64,000 bases of DNA, taken from the NCBI GenBank assembly GCA_964016885.1, contig OZ024740.1, positions 127,720,001 to 127,784,000 on the forward strand, written 5' to 3'. The DNA is from Eledone cirrhosa (taxonomy: Eukaryota). Positions 42,041 to 56,100 of the stretch are shown here, one piece after another. The position numbers were made by a program, and so were the translations under genes. The first letter of the stretch is position 1; the number at the start of each line of letters is the position of its first letter. The notes under the pieces were generated by a model. It was not told the DNA's origin. It made no database searches and worked only from the letters and a program-made list of their open reading frames with translations.

Positions 42041-45000
42041 TTACAGACACATACTCAGAGTAACCCCATTCACTCGGGCCATACTTGCTTCTCTCACCCA
42101 TCTTTCAACAAAATGCTGGGAAGAGAGCACTTCCCTCTCTACCCTGATTTTCCTTTTCAAATGAAATTTGAAAAAGTTAATCAGGGCATCACCGAAGAGG
42201 TAAGTGCTCGTCTTCAGCCCTTTCAAACGTGTCCACCATACTATCTCTTTCGCCATGGCCACCAGACAGATAAAAACTGCCTGCCCTTCCCGGCTAAAGG
42301 AAGAGGGCGGGGCAATCCTCACGAGTGACTCAGCTGATAGCTGGATCCGCCCTACACGTGACATCAGGTGTTCGACATAAACCCACAAGTCGGCAATGCT
42401 CGGACACTGGACGAGTGCGTGCAGGACGGTTTCGTCGCCCTGTGCGCATCTCGGACATGCCCGGCTGACGGCACCTCCACGCCTGTAGAGTTTATTCCGA
42501 ACTGGCAAAGCTCCTTGGTAGCACTGCCAGGCCAGGGATTTCTGAAAGTTGTCCATAGGCCCTCGCCGGAAAGTCCTACCGAAGAGATTGGCTAATTGAT
42601 TTTCGTCGACGCCTAAAGTTTCTCCAAGTACGTCGTCGCTCTTCCCCTCCACTAATCATCTATAGAACGCCAAGGTGGAATTTCCACCGATCACATTTCC
42701 CGATTGGTCGAGGGCTGGGAGCGCCTGAAGACATTCCAGTCTCCAAGCGCACCTTCTCAGTATTCGCTTGACCCAGGACTGCAGCTCCGTCAAGGAGACG
42801 AGCTGGGGAAAAACGTGTCTCGCAAACGGCGACCACACCTGATCACCGTCGAGGAAGAGGTGGAGATGTCGTAGCCTGAGCGCGTGTCTGCTCATCATCA
42901 GCCACGGCAAGCCCAGCCTTCCACGTAGCGGGTGTTGATAGCAGATGGACCGCCTGACCATCGGAGCGCGTCCCTTCCACAAAAAGCGAAAGAGCAAACG
43001 CTCCAGCGCAGTCAGGCGGGGCTGAGGACAAGGTACGAGGATCAGGCGGTAGTAGATGACAGACGCGATATACGCGTTAGCCACCTCCGCTTGACCTTTC
43101 AGGGATAGCTTCCTCTCGGCCCATTTCTGGGTGAGAGAAGCCACCCTGCTCGTCACCTCGTCCCAGTTTTTGTCTGTCTGGAGGTTTGGACTGAACCAGA
43201 CCCCTAGCAATTTACCGGTCCGTCCGTCCAGCGCCCGACGACGCTGTTGGACGGCATGGACCTGCCTCTCCAGGTGCCGAGCTGCAGGCCCACTGACTTT
43301 TCCTGGTTGATCATTGCTCCTGTTAACGCTTCGTTTTCTCTTAGTGTAGTGCCGATCGCCTCGATGTGTTTGGAGTTCGACACCACTACGGTGACATCGT
43401 CGGCATATGCTGACACGGATCTTCCGCATCCTAGTTCGCGCGGGACCCCCCTCAACGTCTCCAGTTTGTGCAGTAATGGCTCGAGAGTCAATACGTACAA
43501 TAGGGACGAGAGGGGACATCCTTGGCGGACCGAGCGCTTGATGTTGAACGGTTCCGAAAGGTGACCGTTCACTCTCACTACAGAGCAGATGTCTCTGTGC
43601 ATGGCAGCGATCCAGCCTCTGAAGACGGGCCCAAAGCCAGCCGCCCTCAGGACTGCCGCTAGGTCACGATGGTCGACCCTATCGAAGGCTTTCGACTGAT
43701 CTAAATTGATCAAAGACCGACCCGTGCCAGGTTCCCTAGCTACCCTCTCTACGATGTATCGCATGAGGTGGAGGTTGTCGTGGATGGATCTATCGGGAAT
43801 GGTGCATGTCTGTGCCTCTCCCACCAGACCACCAACGACAAGCGCCAACCTCTTTGCTAGCACCTTGGCCAAAATCTTGAACTCTGTGTTTAGCAGAGTT
43901 ATGGGCCTAAAATTATCTATGTTATCCCCCTTGTTCGGATCCTTTCTCAGCAGCGCCACCGCTCCTCGGCTCACAGAGCTGGAAATTCTCCCGTTCTGTT
44001 GCCAGTTGCAGTAGACGTCCGCCAAGAGGCCTCCGAACAAGTTTGGGATTTGTACGTAAAGTTCATAGGGCTGACCATCCAAACCAGGCGATTTACCCCT
44101 TGTGCAACTAGTCATTGCATCCCGTACTTCAGCGGTTGTTATCGGCTTTTCGCAACACTCCGCCTCAGTGAGCGCAAGCCGCGGCAGTCCGTCGAGGTAG
44201 ACACTAAAGTCCATCCTTCGATCCGGCCCGCCACTGCCCCCGAACAGTTGAGCGAAGTGTCGCTGAAAAGCTTCACACATTTGCCCGGGATCGAGTAGCA
44301 TGCGCCCGTCGTGGTCCACCAAAGACCTGATCGTGGCTTTGTTGCCACGACGCGCCTCCGCCACTCGGGCCCATTGAACGGCTTTCGTCCCCTCGTGTCT
44401 GAGAGCACGCACCCTAGCTCTGACAACGCAGCCTTCGTGCTTTGCATTGAAGAATTGGTCAAGGGCCAATTTCGCCGCAAGTACGTCGGTCGCGATGCCT
44501 TTGCTAAGCGCCTCATCTAATTTTCTAACTAATTCTCCCTCTGCTCTATTTTTCTCTATTGCTAAAGTCTTACTAAACCCAATGGACTCTATTCTAATTG
44601 CTCTTTTCAGAGCAAACCACCACTTGTTGTTGACGATGGCCCCCGTCAACGCCCGCTTAACTAGTTCGCTAATCCGGTCTCTGTAGGCCTTGCGCGCTGG
44701 TAAGGACGCGTTTAGCTTCCAGTCGCCGGGTCCTTGTCTATGAAGCCTATCTAAGTCAAGCACACAGATCACGAATTTGTGTTCCGTGTAGCTGACTATC
44801 TTGAATTGTGGACAGCCTATGCTAGACCTATCTATTTCCCTACAAAATACTGTATCTAGATATGATCTGGATGACCCTATGCGATTTGTCCAAGTCCACA
44901 TTGGTACATTCGGGAAATCCATTCGGTACCTGTCAGACAGTTCAAAACGTCTGAGCAGGTTGGTGAGACTCTTGCACCCTCCTTCCTTATCCACTAATCC

Positions 45001-45459
45001 CACACAATCCCAGTGTGCATCTAAGATCGCGTTCCAGTCGCACACTAACACTAAAGAGCGGGACGTTCCAAGAAAGGTCTCCAGACGCCGGAAGAAATCA
45101 GGCCGCCCTGCTCCTGTCAGAGCATAGACGGCCACTAACCTGAAAGCTTGCCCGTCTCCGCTGGTCACGTCGAGCACCACCAACTTACCTTCTGGGTCCA
45201 GGAAGATGGCCCGTATGGCAAGATCCAAACCTCTCCGAAAAAGCACAGCAACTCCTCTCCCCGATCCCGGACGGCTGGGAGATGCGTACACATCGTAGTC
45301 GCCGAAGATCGGTGCGAAAGCCTGTGCTTCGGAGATTCTGGTCTCGCTGATGGCCACTACATCTATGTTTAGTAACCTGAGGTCGTTGAGCAGGTGGCCC
45401 TGCTTCCATGACGACCCCAAGCCACGCGCATTTATGCTGCCTATTCTGAGTGAGGTCAT
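42041..45459 (-). pseudogene. Tx1 ORF2 (APE-RT-CCHC) split by frameshifts
   Basis: GSINARGL, SETR, DWNAIL, KSPGLDG, FRPITLLNTEFKILAK, LDQSKAFDRVDH, RQGCPLS, AYADD, CPRC..ETVLHALVQC. Confidence 0.92.
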
Positions 45460-45494
45460 GTTGAAAAGGAGTGGAAAAGATGGGAAAGACCACT

Positions 45495-47467
45495 TACCTT
45501 ACTTCTCGTAGAGGAAGGACGGTTTTTCCATCCTTTTCACTGCTTGTGGCATCCTCAGGAAGGATGTCCTTATAAATCCTCCTGGAGAATGCTTGTCGGA
45601 AGTCTCCGATGTCTTTGGGGAATTTTTGTTTTAGTGTCATGTACGTTTTCTGTGTGATGCGAGTGATTTGTATGTGTGGAGGTGGTGTGAATTATTTGGT
45701 TCTTGTGTAGTCTTTTTCTGTGATGCTGGTGTTGTGTTGGATGTAGTGTAATAATTGGTTGTTGTTCAAATTTAATGCTGTGTAGTGTGTATCGTTTTGG
45801 TTGTTTTGTTTTGTTTGCGTTGGTTGTGGGTTTGTTTCTGTTTCGCATTTTGGTAACTTTTGTGGTGTATGTGATGGTGGTGTTGGAGTTAATGATGGTG
45901 ATGGTGTCGGTGTTTGGGTTGATGGGGTTGGTGATGCTGGTGTGGATGGTGGCATATCTGTCCTAACTTTTTTGTTTGTTAATTTATTTGTTTCCCTCTG
46001 TATTTTGTTTTTGGAGGGGGAAGGAAGAGAATTTTTTCTTTTTGGTTGCTTTTTTTTTTCCTGATACCGTTTTCCACTCCTCGTCGTCACAATCTGTCTC
46101 CAGTTGTGATAAGCCGGGGAGTGGAAAATCCTCCACAGGCGTTAGTTTTGGTTGTGGTGTGGTGGATGGTGTAGGCGCTGGTGCTAGTTCTGAAGCGTTG
46201 GGTGGTGTTGGTGTTGGTTGTGCTGGTGGGTGTGGTGTTGGTTTTACTACTGTTTCTGGGGTTGTTGCTGTTACAGTTGCTTCTGTTATTGCTGCTACAG
46301 TTGTTGCTGCGATTTCTGCAGCTGGTGTGCTGATGTTTGAGTCACTGGGGTGGGTAAGAGAGATGGCCTCAACCTTTTAGCCTGAGGGCAGAAAGCCCTT
46401 AGGTGGGTTCCTTCACCACAAACGACACACCTAGGCCTTCTGCCCTCGACGATTACGGTAAGGTGGCTGCCGTCAGTGAGGTCTATTACCTCTGGGATCT
46501 CCTCAATGCTTTTTTGGTCCGCTTGGATCAGGAGCTCCATCCCAGGTCTGGACCAGTTCTCCTGCTTTTCTTTTGCTATTGCTATTATCTTTGTGTTGGC
46601 TTCGATGCCGGCGAGGACGGCCGCTATTAGCCAGTGAATTTCGATGGCCGGTGAAACGTGGGTCACCCTGATCTTTACGAGTCTCTGGCCACAATAGCTT
46701 GGGACGAGTGTGAAGTCGTCACTTCTTAATGGGACCATGGCGTGTTCTCTAGCCTCCTCTGGTGTTTCAAAGAACATCTCCACGGTTCCATACTTCTGCC
46801 CACGTCTGATGTGGGTTTCTCTTGCCCACACATGTCCCAAAGCTTTTTGCATTTGGGACTCGGATGCCCGTTCCACTCGGCGCGATTTTACATTTATTGT
46901 TCGATACGACACGGTGCATAGGCGCCGATGCTCCATTGTATTAGGTGGGGGGTGAGGCTGAGCCTGTACCCATCTTTCTTTACCATTTGTTTTGCATTTT
47001 CTAAATCCTCCTGAGTTACATTAAATGCTTCGCACTGTTTTGCTACTGTGGCAAAACTCAGGGTCGTTTTTTTAATGTCAATGTTGTTGCTATCGTTATT
47101 TTTGTTATTATTAATTTTAGTTTCAGTTGTGGTGGTGGTGACGTCAGTGAAGTTCGGTTTGGGAGAGTCCATTTTGGTTGAAAATATTTCGACATCACGA
47201 GTTGATTTATGTTTTCCTTTTGTTTCTGTTCTCGCGGTGGTGGTACGGTGGTGGTTGTCGCGGTGGTGGTGGTGGTGGCGTCTTTAACACTGCAGTCATT
47301 GGTAATGGAGGGAAATGAATTTCTGCCTGAGACAAATTTAAAATATTGCTAGTGCTTAAATTGTTTGTGTTGGCAAACGTAGTATCATTTACAATGGTGG
47401 TGTCGGTGTGAGGTGTTAATTTGTGAGAAAGGCTTTCAGCTGCTTGGTGCAGTGGTGAATTAGCCAT
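45495..47467 (-). pseudogene. Tx1 ORF1 (Thr/Pro-rich ends, RRM-like core, zinc knuckle)
   Basis: SFATVAK, VIVEGRRPRCVVCGEGTHLRAFC; homologous to 60164-60950. Confidence 0.8.
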
Positions 47468-47699
47468 TTTTTTTTCAAAGAAATTTTTTGATAATCATAA
47501 AAGTTTAAATTTTGGGCACAAGGCCCCAATCTTTTTGGGTGTCCTTTTCGGAAAACAATGTATGTGCGCTTATATATAGTTAACAATAAAAATGTTCCAT
47601 AAATGACAATTTTTCACAAACCGAAATAACAAACCGGAGCTCACGATGATACGATTTACTACGTAGGTCGCCAATAATAATAATAATAATAATAATAAT

Positions 47700-50600
47700 C
47701 TGTCTACAATATATAGAACAGCCAAATAACAGCAATTTCACCAACACCAGAAACTAGGTACACCACCTACCCAGCACCCCTCTGTGACACTAAATACAAC
47801 AGCCAGATAACGGCAATTTCACCACCACCACCACCAATCTCAGCATAATAATAATAATTACTATTATTATTGTCTCAAGTTTTAACAAAATGTTTAATTC
47901 CAATATTAAGAAAATATGTCAACACATATACGCGACTAACCCCATAGATTCAGCGATCAAACAAAAATACAGTCTATTCAACAAAACTCAGTAAAGACAA
48001 CCCCATCACTACAGTCACCTCCGCCGCCACCCATCCATCATTACTACCACTATCCCATCACCGCCGCCACAACTCCTTCATTGCTACCACCGCTATCCCC
48101 CCATTACGTTCTGTTAACTTACGAAAGGGGAAGATGGCAGTATCACTAGACAATATTAATAAACAAGATTAATATTTAATTTTGGATCAGGAATGTTAGA
48201 ATCGAAAAGGAGAAAAATGACAAAATGACTAAATAACTAAAGATAATTTCACCACCAACACCACCACGACTACCACGATGAAAACTCTGGTCAAGTCGAC
48301 TCAACCGCTATTTCTACTCCAACTTCAACACCATCACTACAGTACTACGATCACATCACCACCACCACTGCCTCATTATCGCTACCGCCGTTATTCTCTC
48401 CCACTACCTTCTGCTAGTTGCTGCGAGCACATCATCGCCACCACCACCACGACCACCACCACCACCACCACCACTGCCTCATTATCACTACCGCCGCTAT
48501 TCTCTCCCGCTACCCTCTGCTACATCGTAGTGCCCCCACTAAAAGAGGAAGGCATCAAAATATATAAATAGACTGAATTGATGACCCGGTCAAAATAAAA
48601 AAAAACAAAAATCAAATTCAAAGCAGCACAGCAACAACGAAAAACGTAAAGACAAGAAAAATGAAGAGAAAAACAAACAGACGGACAGAGAAGGGAAGGG
48701 AAAAACTAAGTCAGGCATTGAAACATTACATTACAATGAAACTTATGCTTATTCATTTTTGGGGGTTTTTTTGCCTGTTTGTTTGTTTGTTTATTTATGT
48801 TCGTCTACAGCGTGTTAATGCCACACAAAAATCACGTGGAGTGACGAAATCACCGGAGATGATGAAATCACCGGTGGTTATGTAACCATACATTCACCAG
48901 TCCTCGATAAGAGTGTTTAAATGTCGAACCTAAACAGTTCGAATAACGGTGAAATTTCACCCAATAGGTGCTCCCTGGCTCAGCAGCAGGGACCTGGCTG
49001 TCAACCAATTACTGCTGGTATCGGAGGAAGAAGAAGAAGGAAAGGGACCAGAACCAACTGCACGAAAGAATTGAATAGAACTGTTATGCAATGTTACCTG
49101 ATGAGTAACCCCAAGGAGAAAGGCTATAAGAAACAGATGCATAACATCTGGAACGAGATTGGTCTATTTAAATTAGATGAACAAAAATTGGCCGGGCAGG
49201 CTCGGGTAATAATAACTAATGGGTGGATGAAGCGAGCTGGAACTGGAGGAACGGAGCAGAGAGATTAGCTTGGGGATGGAGAGTGGTGTATGCCAGGCAA
49301 ACGAGCCAGTGGGTAATGAAGGTGAAGTGGTTGAAAGAACGGAGGAACCACCCGAAGCAGACAATGATCTGTATGCTGAGATAAATAATACATGGAACAG
49401 AGATACGGCCACTGAGGAGATGAATGCTGACGGGCTAGGACAAGATTCGGTTGACATCCTAAATTTAGTGGTAGATGAATTGAACAATGATAGTGGGAGA
49501 CCTATGAACCTAAGATTTGTAGACAGGAAAAAGTTAAAAGAAACAACAGCTAAGGTAAACAAGGTCATCCCATACCTTGAGGCGAGGAGCCTTCACCAGT
49601 GCAACAATATACTCAAAGCAACAGCAAATACGGTGAGGAAACTACTTGGTATAAAAGCGAGAGGAAACAACAGACATGAAAGAGCAGAGCCTTGGTGGAA
49701 GAAACGACTGAGTGGTCAATTCAGGGAAATGAGAAATGACATAGGAAAGCTTGAGTCCCTACTGAATGGGACACTAAAAAACATAGATACTAAAAATAGA
49801 CTGGAAATAAAGTACAAAACTAGGAGGAAAAACTAAATATTATCATAGAGGAACTGAAGCAACGCATTGTAGCAAAGAGTGCAAAAATCAGGCGATATGA
49901 GAACAGAGTCAGTCAGTATAGACAGAACCGCCTGTTCGACAACAAACAGAAGATGTTGTTTGGACAGCTTGACGGGAAAGAAAGAGGCAACGACTTGAAC
50001 CCTGAGGCGGAACAAACTAAAACATTCTGGAGAGGAATATGGGAGCAGGATGTTAAACATAATGACCAGGCAGTGTGGATTGAGACAGTACAGAAGGAGA
50101 TTAGTGAACAGGCATACCAACAAACAGTTGAAATTCTTAAGGGGCAGGCCAAAAAACTAACCAACTGGAAATCACCAGGCCGAGATGGTGTGCAGGGGTA
50201 TTGGATTAAAAATATAACATACCTCCACCCGAAACTGACAACCATGTTCAATGACTGCTTGATACCAGGTGAGGTACCAGAGTGGTTGACAAAGGGTAAC
50301 ACAGTTCTGATAATGAAAGACCGAATCAAGGGTAATGATGTTACCAACTATAGACCTATCACATGTCTGTCCGTAATGTGGAAACTGTTGACGAGCATTG
50401 TGTCTGAGGAAATCTACCATCACCTCCACACAAACAACTTGTTACCGGACGAACAGAAAGGATGCCGAAAGAAGTCACGTGGTACAAAGGACCAGTTACT
50501 TATTGATAAGATGGTAATGAGGAATTGCAAGAGGAGACACACTGCTCTTGCCATGGGATGGATAGACTACAAAAAGACATTTGACATGGTGCCTCATTCT

Positions 50601-52365
50601 TGGATCACCAAAAGCCTGGAGATCTTCAAGGTGGCAGATAACATCAGACAGTTGTTGGGCAAAAGTATGAAGTCCTGGGAAACAGAGTTAACATCAACTG
50701 GAGAATCCTTGGAAAGCGTGAAGATCAAGAGAGGTATCTTCCAGGGAGATAGTCTGTCCCCTCTGTTGTTTGTCCTTGCCCAGTATACTGCGAAAAGTGA
50801 AAGCAGGATACAGGTTGGGAAAGAGAGGGCTTACCATCGATCACCTCCTCTTCATGGACGATCTTAATCTCTTCGGGAAGTGTAAGAAGGAGTTGGATGT
50901 GCTTGTTGACACTGTCCGTATTTTCAGCAATGATATATGTATGCAATTTGGTATTAGTAAGTGTGGAGTCATTGTGATGAAGAGGGGTAAGTTGAGCAGA
51001 AGTAACGGAATCCAGGTACCAACAGGTGAGATGATAAAGGAAATTGACTCTGAAGAAGGATACAAGTATTTGGCTGTTCTGGAGGCTGATGACATCAAGA
51101 ACAAAAAAATGAAGGAATTGATAATAACTGAATATATTCGGAGAGTAAGGAGCGTATTAAAGTCACATCTGAACAGTAGGAATGCCATAAGTGCAGTAAA
51201 TTCCCGAGCTGTGTCTATTATTAGGTACTGTGCGGGAATTCTGAGATGGAATGTTGCTGAACAAAAAGAAATCGATAGGAAGATTAGGAAGCTATTGACT
51301 ATCTACAACATGTTCCACAAGAGGAGTGATGTCGATAGAGTCTACTTAAGGAGATCTGAGGGTGGAAGAGGTCTTATCAGCATAGAGGACTGTGTTCAGA
51401 TGGAGAAAAACAACCTATACAAATACGTGACCTATAGTAAGGAGCCAATGCTCAAAACTGTACTGAAGGAGGGGACAGTAGGCCAGGGGATGTCCAAGGA
51501 GGAAATAACATCAAGGAGGAAGAGCAGCCTTAAGGGAAAATTCCTTCATAGTACCTTCTTTGAGAAAACTGAATTTAGAGATCCACAGACATGGAACTGG
51601 TTGAGAAGAGGAGACCTCAAAAAGGCTACAGAAGGAATGATAATGGCTGCGCAGGAGCAGGCCCTCAAAACGATGTGGTTGAAATACCATATTTACAAGG
51701 AGGAGGCTAGCCCACTGTGCAGGATCTGTGGAAAGAGAGAGGAGACTGTGGCACACATTGTATCCGGGTGTAAACACCTAGCCCAGACTCACTATAAGGG
51801 CTGGAGACATGATGTGATGGGCAGGGTGATCCACTGGCGCCTATGCAAAGTAAACAATTTACTACATTCTGAGAAGTGGTATGAGCATGAGCCAGAGTCT
51901 GTGATAGAAAACGATCAGGTGAAGGGGCGGTGGGATTTTAGGATAAAGACGGACAAGAAACTGGAAGACAATAGACCTGACTTGGTGGTTGTGGACAAAG
52001 AAAAAAGATCATGCCTGATTGTGGATGTGGCCTGCCCATTCGACACGAGAGTGCAAGAGAAGGAGAGGGAGAAAATTAACCGATGCCAGGACTTAAAGTG
52101 GGAAGTAAAAAGGATTTGGAACTGCCATGAAGTCAAAGTGATCCCGATTGTCAAAGGCGCACTAGGGACTATCTCAAAAAGTTTCCAGGGATGGTTAAAG
52201 AAAATTGGCCCCTTCACGCTTTTTGGAACGCTTCAAAAGGTATGCTTGCTGGAAACAGCAAGAATCCTCCGATACGTCTTGAATATATGAGGCTGCAGGT
52301 AGTGGCTTGATATTCATTTCAACAAACTTTCCAGTTAACTAACACCAATGACTGAGACTCAAAGA

Positions 52366-52366
<1 letters not shown>
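47700..52366 (+). mobile_element. R4/Dong copy B with ~1.2 kb of leader, frameshifted ORF 48921-52290
   Basis: Same RT/CCHC/RLE motifs as copy A; (TAA)n at both ends. Confidence 0.93.
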
Positions 52367-52432
<66 letters not shown>

Positions 52433-52434
<2 letters not shown>

Positions 52435-55400
52435 CTGATGTTGGAGGAAGAAGAAGAAGGAAAGGGGCCAGAACCAACTGGACGAAAGAATTGAATAGAA
52501 CTGTTATGCAATGCTACCTGAAAAGTAACCCCAAGGAGAGGGGCTACAGGAGACGGATGCATAACATCTGGAACGAGATTGGTTTATTTAAATTAGATGA
52601 ACAAAAATTGGCCGGGCAGGCTCGGGTAATAAGAACTAATGGGTGGATAAGCGAGCTGGAACTGGAGAAACTGAGAAGAGAGAATGGCTTGGAGATGGCG
52701 GGTGTAGTATGCCAGACAAGCGAGCCAGTGGGAAATGAAGGTGAAGAGGTCCTGAGAACGGAGGAACCACCCGAAGCAGACAATGATCTGAATACTGAGA
52801 TAAATAATACATGGAACAGAGATACGGCCACTGAGGAGATGAATGCTGACGGGCTAGGACAAGATTCGGTTGACATCCTAAATTTAGTGGTAGATGAATT
52901 GAACAATAATAGTGGGAGACCTATGAACCTAAGATTTGTAGACAGGAAAAAGTTAAAAGAAACAACAGCTAAGGTAAACAAAGTCATCCCATACCTTGAG
53001 GCGAGGAGCCTTCACCAGTGCAACAATATCCTCAAAGCAACAGCAAATACGGTGAGGAAACTACTTGGTATAAAAGCGAGAGGAAACAACAGACAAGAAA
53101 GAGCAGAGCCGTGGTGGAAGAAGCGACTGAGTGGGCAAATCGGGGAAATGAGAAATGACATAGGAAAGCTTGAGTCACTACTGAATGGGACACTAAAAAA
53201 CATAGGCACTAAAAATAGACTGGAAATAAAATACAAAACTAGGAGTAAAAAGCTAAATATTATCATAGAGGAATTGAAGCAACGCATTGTAGCAAAGAGT
53301 GCAAAAATCAGGCGATACGAGAACAGAGTCAGTCAGTATAAACAGAACCGCATGTTCGACAACAACCAGAAGATGCTGTTTGGACAGCTTGAGGGGAAAG
53401 AAAGAGGCAACGACTTGATCCCTGGGGCGGAACAAACTAAAACATTCTGGAGAGGAATATGGGAGCAGGATGTTAGACATAATGCCCAGGCAGGGTGGAT
53501 TGAGACAGTACAGAGGGAGATCGGTGAGCAGGCACAACAACAAACTGATTTGAGTATCACAGTTGAAACTCTTAAGGGGCAGGCTAAAAAACTAACCCAC
53601 TGGAAATCACCAGGCCCAGATGGTGTGCAGGGGTATTGGATTAAACATTTAACATCCCTCCACCCGAAGCTGACGGCCATGTTCAATGACTGCTTGGTGT
53701 CGGGTGAGGTGCCAGAGTGGTTGACAAAAGGTACAACAGTTCTGATAATGAAAGACCGAATCAAGGGTAATGATGTTACCAACTATAGACCTATCACATG
53801 TCTGTCCGTAATGTGGAAAGTGTTGACGAGCATTGTGTCTGAGGAAATCTACCATCACCTCCACACAAACAACTTGTTACCGGGCGAACAGAAAGGATGC
53901 CGAAAGAAGTCACGTGGTACAAAGGACCAGTTACTTATTGATAAGATGGTAATGGGGAATTGCAGGAGGAGACACACTGATCTTGCCATGGGATGGATAG
54001 ACTACAGAAAGGCATTTGACATGGTGCCTCATTCTTGGATCACCAAAAGCCTGGAGATCTTCAGGGTGGCAGATAACATCAGACAGTTGCTGGGCAGGAG
54101 TATGGGGTCCTGGTAGACAGAGTTGACATCAACTGGAATATCCTTGGGAAGCGTGAAGATCAAGAGAGGTATCTTCCAGGGAGATAGCCTGTCCCCTCTG
54201 TTGTTTGTCCTTGCCCTAATGCCCTTGACCATTATGCTGCGAAAAGTGAGAGCAGGATACAAGTTGGGAAGGGGAGAGCTTACCATCAATCACCTCCTCT
54301 TCATGGACGATCTTAAGCTCTTCGGGAAAAGTGAGAAGGAGTTGGATGTGCTTGTTGACACTGTCCGTATTTTCAGCAGTGATATATGTATGCAGTTTGG
54401 TATTGGTAAATGTGGAGTCATTGTGATGAGGAGGGGTAGGTTGAGCAGAAGTAGCGGGATCCAGATACCAACAGGTGAGATGATAAAGGAAATTGACTCT
54501 GAGGAAGGATACAAGTATTTGGGCGTTCTGGAGGCTGATGGCATAAAGAACAAAAAAATGAAGGAATTGTTAAGAACTGAATACATTCGGGGAGTAAGGA
54601 GCGTATTGAAGTCACATCTGAACAGCAGAAATGCCATAAGCGCAGTAAATTCCCGAGCTGTGTCTATTATTAGGTACAGTGCGGGAATTCTGAGATGGAA
54701 TTTTGCTGAACAAAAAGAAATGGATAGGAAGACTAGGAAGCTATTGACTATCTACAACATGTTCCACAAGAGGAGTGATGTCGATAGACTCTACCTAAGG
54801 AGATCTGAGGGTGGAAGAGGTCTTATCAGCATAGAGGACTGTGTTCAGATGGAGAAAAACAACCTATACAAATACGTGACCTATAGTAAGGAGCCAATGC
54901 TCAAAACTGTACTGAAGGAGGGGACAGTAGGCCAGGGGATGTCCAAGGAGGAAATAACATCAAGGAGGAAGAGCAGCCTTAAGGGAAAATTCCTTCATAG
55001 TACCTTCTTTGAGAAAACTGAATTTAGAGATCCACAGACATGGAACTGGTTGAGAAGAGGAGACCTCAAAAAGGCTACAGAAGGAATGATAATGGCTGCG
55101 CAGGAGCAGGCCCTCAAAACGAAGCACCATATTTACAAGGAGGAGGCTAGCCCACTGTGCAGGATCTGTGGAGAGAGAGAGGAGACTGTGGCTCACATTG
55201 TGTCCGAGTGTAAACACCTAGCCCAGACCCACTATAAGGGCTGGAGACACGATGTGATGGGCAGGGTGATCCACTGGCACCTGTGCAAAGTAAACAATTT
55301 ACCACATTCTGAGAAATGGTATGAGCATAGGCCGGAGGCGGTGATGGAGAACAATCAGGTGAAGGTGCTGTGGGATTTTAGGATACAGACGGACAAAAAA

Positions 55401-55805
55401 CTGGAACACAATAGACCTGACCTGGTGGTTGTGGACAAAGAAAAAAGATCGTGTCTGATTGTGGATGTGGCCTGCCCGTTCGACACGAGAGTGCAAGAGA
55501 AGGAGAGGGAGAAAATTAACCGATACCAGGACCTAAAGTGGGAGGTGAAAAGGATTTGGAACTGCCATGAAGTCAAAGTGATCCCGATTGTCATAGGCGC
55601 ACTGGGGACTATCTCCAAAAGTTTCCAGGGATGGTTAAAGAAAATCGGCCCCTTCACGCTTTTTGGAACGCTTCAAAAGGCATGCTTGCTTGGAACAGCA
55701 AGAACCCTCCGATACGTCCTGAATATCTGAGGCTGCAGGTAGTGGCTTGATATTCATTCCAACGGACTTTCCAGTTAACCAACATCAATGACTGAGATTC
55801 AAGGA
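52433..55805 (+). mobile_element. R4/Dong copy C, 5'-truncated, tandem to copy B, A-to-G hypermutated
   Basis: Begins and ends in (TAA)n; highly similar to copies A and B. Confidence 0.95.
52491..55730 (+). pseudogene. Dong ORF (RT + CCHC + RLE), one frame with a single internal stop (TAG 54114-54116)
   Basis: ORFs 52491-54116 and 54123-55730 are in the same frame; QGDSLSP, FMDD, CRIC..H...C, RHD, RPD..D..K motifs intact. Confidence 0.92.
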
Positions 55806-55813
55806 ATAACAAC

Positions 55814-55840
<27 letters not shown>

Positions 55841-55844
<4 letters not shown>

Positions 55845-56080
55845 TCTTTATTAACCACAAGGATTTACATAGAGTAGAGATTAATGACATTCCAGGACAA
55901 TACAGGACGGTACAAATTGGAATTTCTGCGTGTAAAAAACAAAAACAGAGGATGTAACAAAAAAAATAACAATGACAAATTCCCCCAGACTTCAGAGGGA
56001 CATTCGTGGAGAAAGCCCATTAAATACCCACAGTGACCCCCAGGGCAAGTGCCCTCTCCCAGTTGTCCACCTTTAATTTG
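55841..56080 (-). mobile_element. Tx1 3'-UTR-only copy (5'-truncated) in (TAA)n
   Basis: Matches 41796-42042; (TAA)n on both sides. Confidence 0.85.
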
Positions 56081-56100
56081 ATAATAATAATGATAATAAT

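Larger units (their letters stand above)
41796..47672 (-). mobile_element. Full-length Tx1/L1-clade LINE inserted in (TAA)n, frameshifted
   Basis: ORF1 with CX2CX4HX4C knuckle; ORF2 with APE, RT and C-terminal CCHC; (TAA)n abuts both ends on the + strand. Confidence 0.92.

Noticed and set aside
54114-54116. Single in-frame TAG in Dong C as programmed readthrough
   Set aside because: Copy B has GAA here; it is a copy-specific nonsense mutation.
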